NCBI RefSeq assembly: GCF_020745735.1
Contig: NC_083425.1
Coordinates: forward strand, 35,451,575-35,515,574
Source of the DNA: Hemiscyllium ocellatum
Taxonomy: Eukaryota
Reading direction: 5' to 3'
Length of the DNA stretch: 64,000 nucleotides
The notes under the pieces are model-generated. The model was not told the origin of the DNA. It saw only the letters and a program-made list of their open reading frames with translations, and made no database searches. This document shows, piece after piece, positions 61,860 to 64,000 of this stretch (position 1 is its first letter; each line of letters begins with the position of its first letter). The position numbers were made by a program, and so were the translations under genes.

Positions 61860-62085
61860 ATAAAACAGAAAATGCTGGAGAAACTCAGCAGCTCTGGCAG
61901 CATCTGCACGGAGAGAGAGAAGCACAGTTAACATTTTGAGTCTGATGTGAATTATCTTTTGTTCTGAAGAGGAATCTTTGGAATGAATTCGTTAACTCTG
62001 CCTCTTTCTCTTCAAATATTGTCAAAGCTGCTGAGTTCTTCCAGCACTTTTTGTTTTTATTTTAGATTTCCAGTATCCAAAGTAT
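61860..62085. mobile_element. Old palindromic PLE pseudo-LTR element
   Basis: TGCTGGAGAAACTCAGCAGC...GTTAAC / GTTAAC...GCTGCTGAGTTCTTCCAGCA inverted arms; CTGAAGA near the centre; extension on the right. Confidence 0.65.
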
Positions 62086-62329
62086 TTTGTTTTACAAAGA
62101 TAATGGAGTCTTGCCACATTTGTACATGCCTGTGGTGAGAGGATACCTGGATTACAATGTATTGTTTTGGTCTGCATAACTATTTGCTTTGGAGGCAGTG
62201 CACTGTTTGGTGCCTGGGATAAGAAGATTGTCCTAAGATGAAATGCTGAGTAAACTGAGCCTGAACTTTCTGGAGTTTAGAAGAATGAGAGATTTGAAAC
62301 ACATAATTCTGAAGGAGTGTTTTAGTGTT

Positions 62330-63050
62330 ATTTTATGTGTTCATGGGAGGTTAGCATTGCAGACTAAGCCAGTAAATACATGCCCCTCATTGCCCTGGAG
62401 AGGCTAGTGGTAAGGTGCCATTGCACTACAGTTCACTTCATGTAGGTTTACTAACAGTGCTGTTAGGAAAGGAGTTCCAGAACTTTGATGCAGCAACAAT
62501 GAAGGAACAACAATATAGTTCCAAGTCAGGACAGTGTGTGGTTGGAGTGTAGGGTAGTGTGTTTCTGACAGCGTGTGATTTGGAGTGTAAGGTATGTGTT
62601 TCCCTGCATTACTTCCCTTGTTCTTTTGGATATTAAAGGTACAGGTTTGGAAGAGCCTGGGTGAATTGCTGCAATGCTTTCTTGTAGATGCTACAAAATG
62701 CTGTACCTGTGAGTTGGTGATGAAAAGGCTGAAAGTGGTGGAATGAGGTGCCAAAGTAGATATTGGACAGTCTTTAGGAATTGGGATGTGACTCACTCAT
62801 TGATGAATTCATAGCCTCTATTCTGGTCTTGTAACTGCAGTATTAATTTGGCTGGCCCAGTACAGTTTATGAGCTATGATAATCCTAAAGATGTTAATAG
62901 TAGAGGATTCAGCAATGGTTAACAGCACTAAATGTTGAGGGGAGATGGTCTGAATACTTATTGTTGAAGATGGTCACTGTATGGCACTTGTATGATATCA
63001 AGTATTGTGCCATTCTTCAGCCGTGACCTGGATGTTGTCTTAGTCCTTCT
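62330..63050 (-). mobile_element. Old LINE 3' remnant
   Basis: Same family as 51905-52420. Confidence 0.5.
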
Positions 63051-63519
63051 ACAAAAGAACATGGACTCCATCTCCCATAAAATTGAGAGCAGGTTGAGAA
63101 AGGCAGGAGGACAGTAGGAAGAGCTTCTGGGAATATTATGGGCCCATAAGATTTGGCCCAGAGGGTTTCTACTATAAGTTTATATTGAGAATTCTTAAAG
63201 AAAAACATTAACAAATATGTAACAACAATGGCAAGAGGAAGTGTTTTTAGGCAGGAAATGCATAAAAGCATAAGACTTGCAAACTTGTTACAGATCAATA
63301 AAAATAATCAGGTAGAAATTCAATGATAAGCATAGTCTGCATGCATCATATGTTCTTATTTTAGGCATTAGGTAAAAACAAGCTAGAGAAATTGCTGGGT
63401 TATGAATTTGTTTTGTAGCTCTTTCACAATTTCAGAGTGCCAGTCCATAGTGAGGTCAACAAGGCTCAGTAGGTGGCACTTTTTGTGCCCCAAAGTGCTT
63501 CAGACACAGTGAAGCAATC

Positions 63520-63852
63520 TGGAATTGCAGCCACTGTTTTGATGTAGGAAAAATTCCAAAAGTCAAAATGTGATCATTTCTTAATGATAGTGAAAAGGGA
63601 TGAATGTCAGTCAGGATACCAAAGTGAACTTCCCTGCTTCTCCTTGAAACAGTGCCAGGGGATCTTTCACAACCATCTGAGAGAAAACACAAACCCTCAG
63701 TTTCATGTCGCAACTGAAGGATAGTACCACTGGCCATGCAGGACACCCTCAGTACTGCACTGAGTGTCAGTCTAGATTTTTCTGCTTCAGCCTTTGGAAG
63801 GGGCACCGACCCACAACTTCTGACAGAGGTGAGAGTGCTACACATTGAGCCA
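63520..63852 (-). mobile_element. DeuSINE (SacSINE1-like) remnant
   Basis: Deu-like AGTGCCAGGGGATCTTT...CCCTCAGTACTGCACTGAGTGTCAG; tRNA-like head at the right end. Confidence 0.7.
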
Positions 63853-63888
63853 TGTTGACCTCACAATGGACTGGGATGTGTACTATAC

Positions 63889-64000
63889 CTGGTCTAAAGA
63901 TTGAGTAGCCCAATCCCACAATGAGTTCCTCAAATTTATCATCATGTCCTCCAGAAGCTTTCCTGTAGACTCCTTTATAAGTTGGATTAATCTCAGTACC
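63889..64000 (-). CDS. HEATR9: HEATR9-like exon (truncated by window edge)
   Basis: VLRLIQLIKESTGKLLEDMMINLRNSLWDWATQSLDQ versus human VIRALIKQLKE...LRMALNSWAA; gtatag donor. Confidence 0.8.

Overview
Eukaryotic genomic DNA, very probably from an elasmobranch (shark): it carries HE1-type V-SINEs with their CR1/HER1-type partner LINEs, plus DeuSINE remnants. Three host genes can be reconstructed exon by exon with GT-AG junctions and consistent phases. EME1 (minus strand) contributes its first exons and continues off the left edge. A complete 4-exon MRPL27 (plus strand, 147 aa) lies head-to-head with EME1 across a CpG-rich bidirectional promoter. The 3' part of a HEATR9-like HEAT-repeat gene (minus strand, 9-10 exons) enters from the right edge, convergent with MRPL27. 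The rest is mostly mobile-element debris. It includes a degenerate two-LTR class I (epsilon/gamma-like) endogenous retrovirus with a tRNA-Ser PBS in an EME1 intron, with several elements nested inside it. There are also many CR1 LINEs (one with a twin-priming-type 5' inversion 15 nt from an MRPL27 splice donor), two solo LTRs with TSDs, and a Gypsy remnant. Several Penelope-like element (PLE) families of Poseidon and Neptune type are present. The most striking recurring signal is PLE-derived inverted-repeat insertions that carry minimal hammerhead-ribozyme motifs, at scales from about 0.2 to 2 kb; two of them have 12-13 bp TSDs. All homology calls come from recalled sequence motifs, not database searches. 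TE boundaries without a TSD are approximate.
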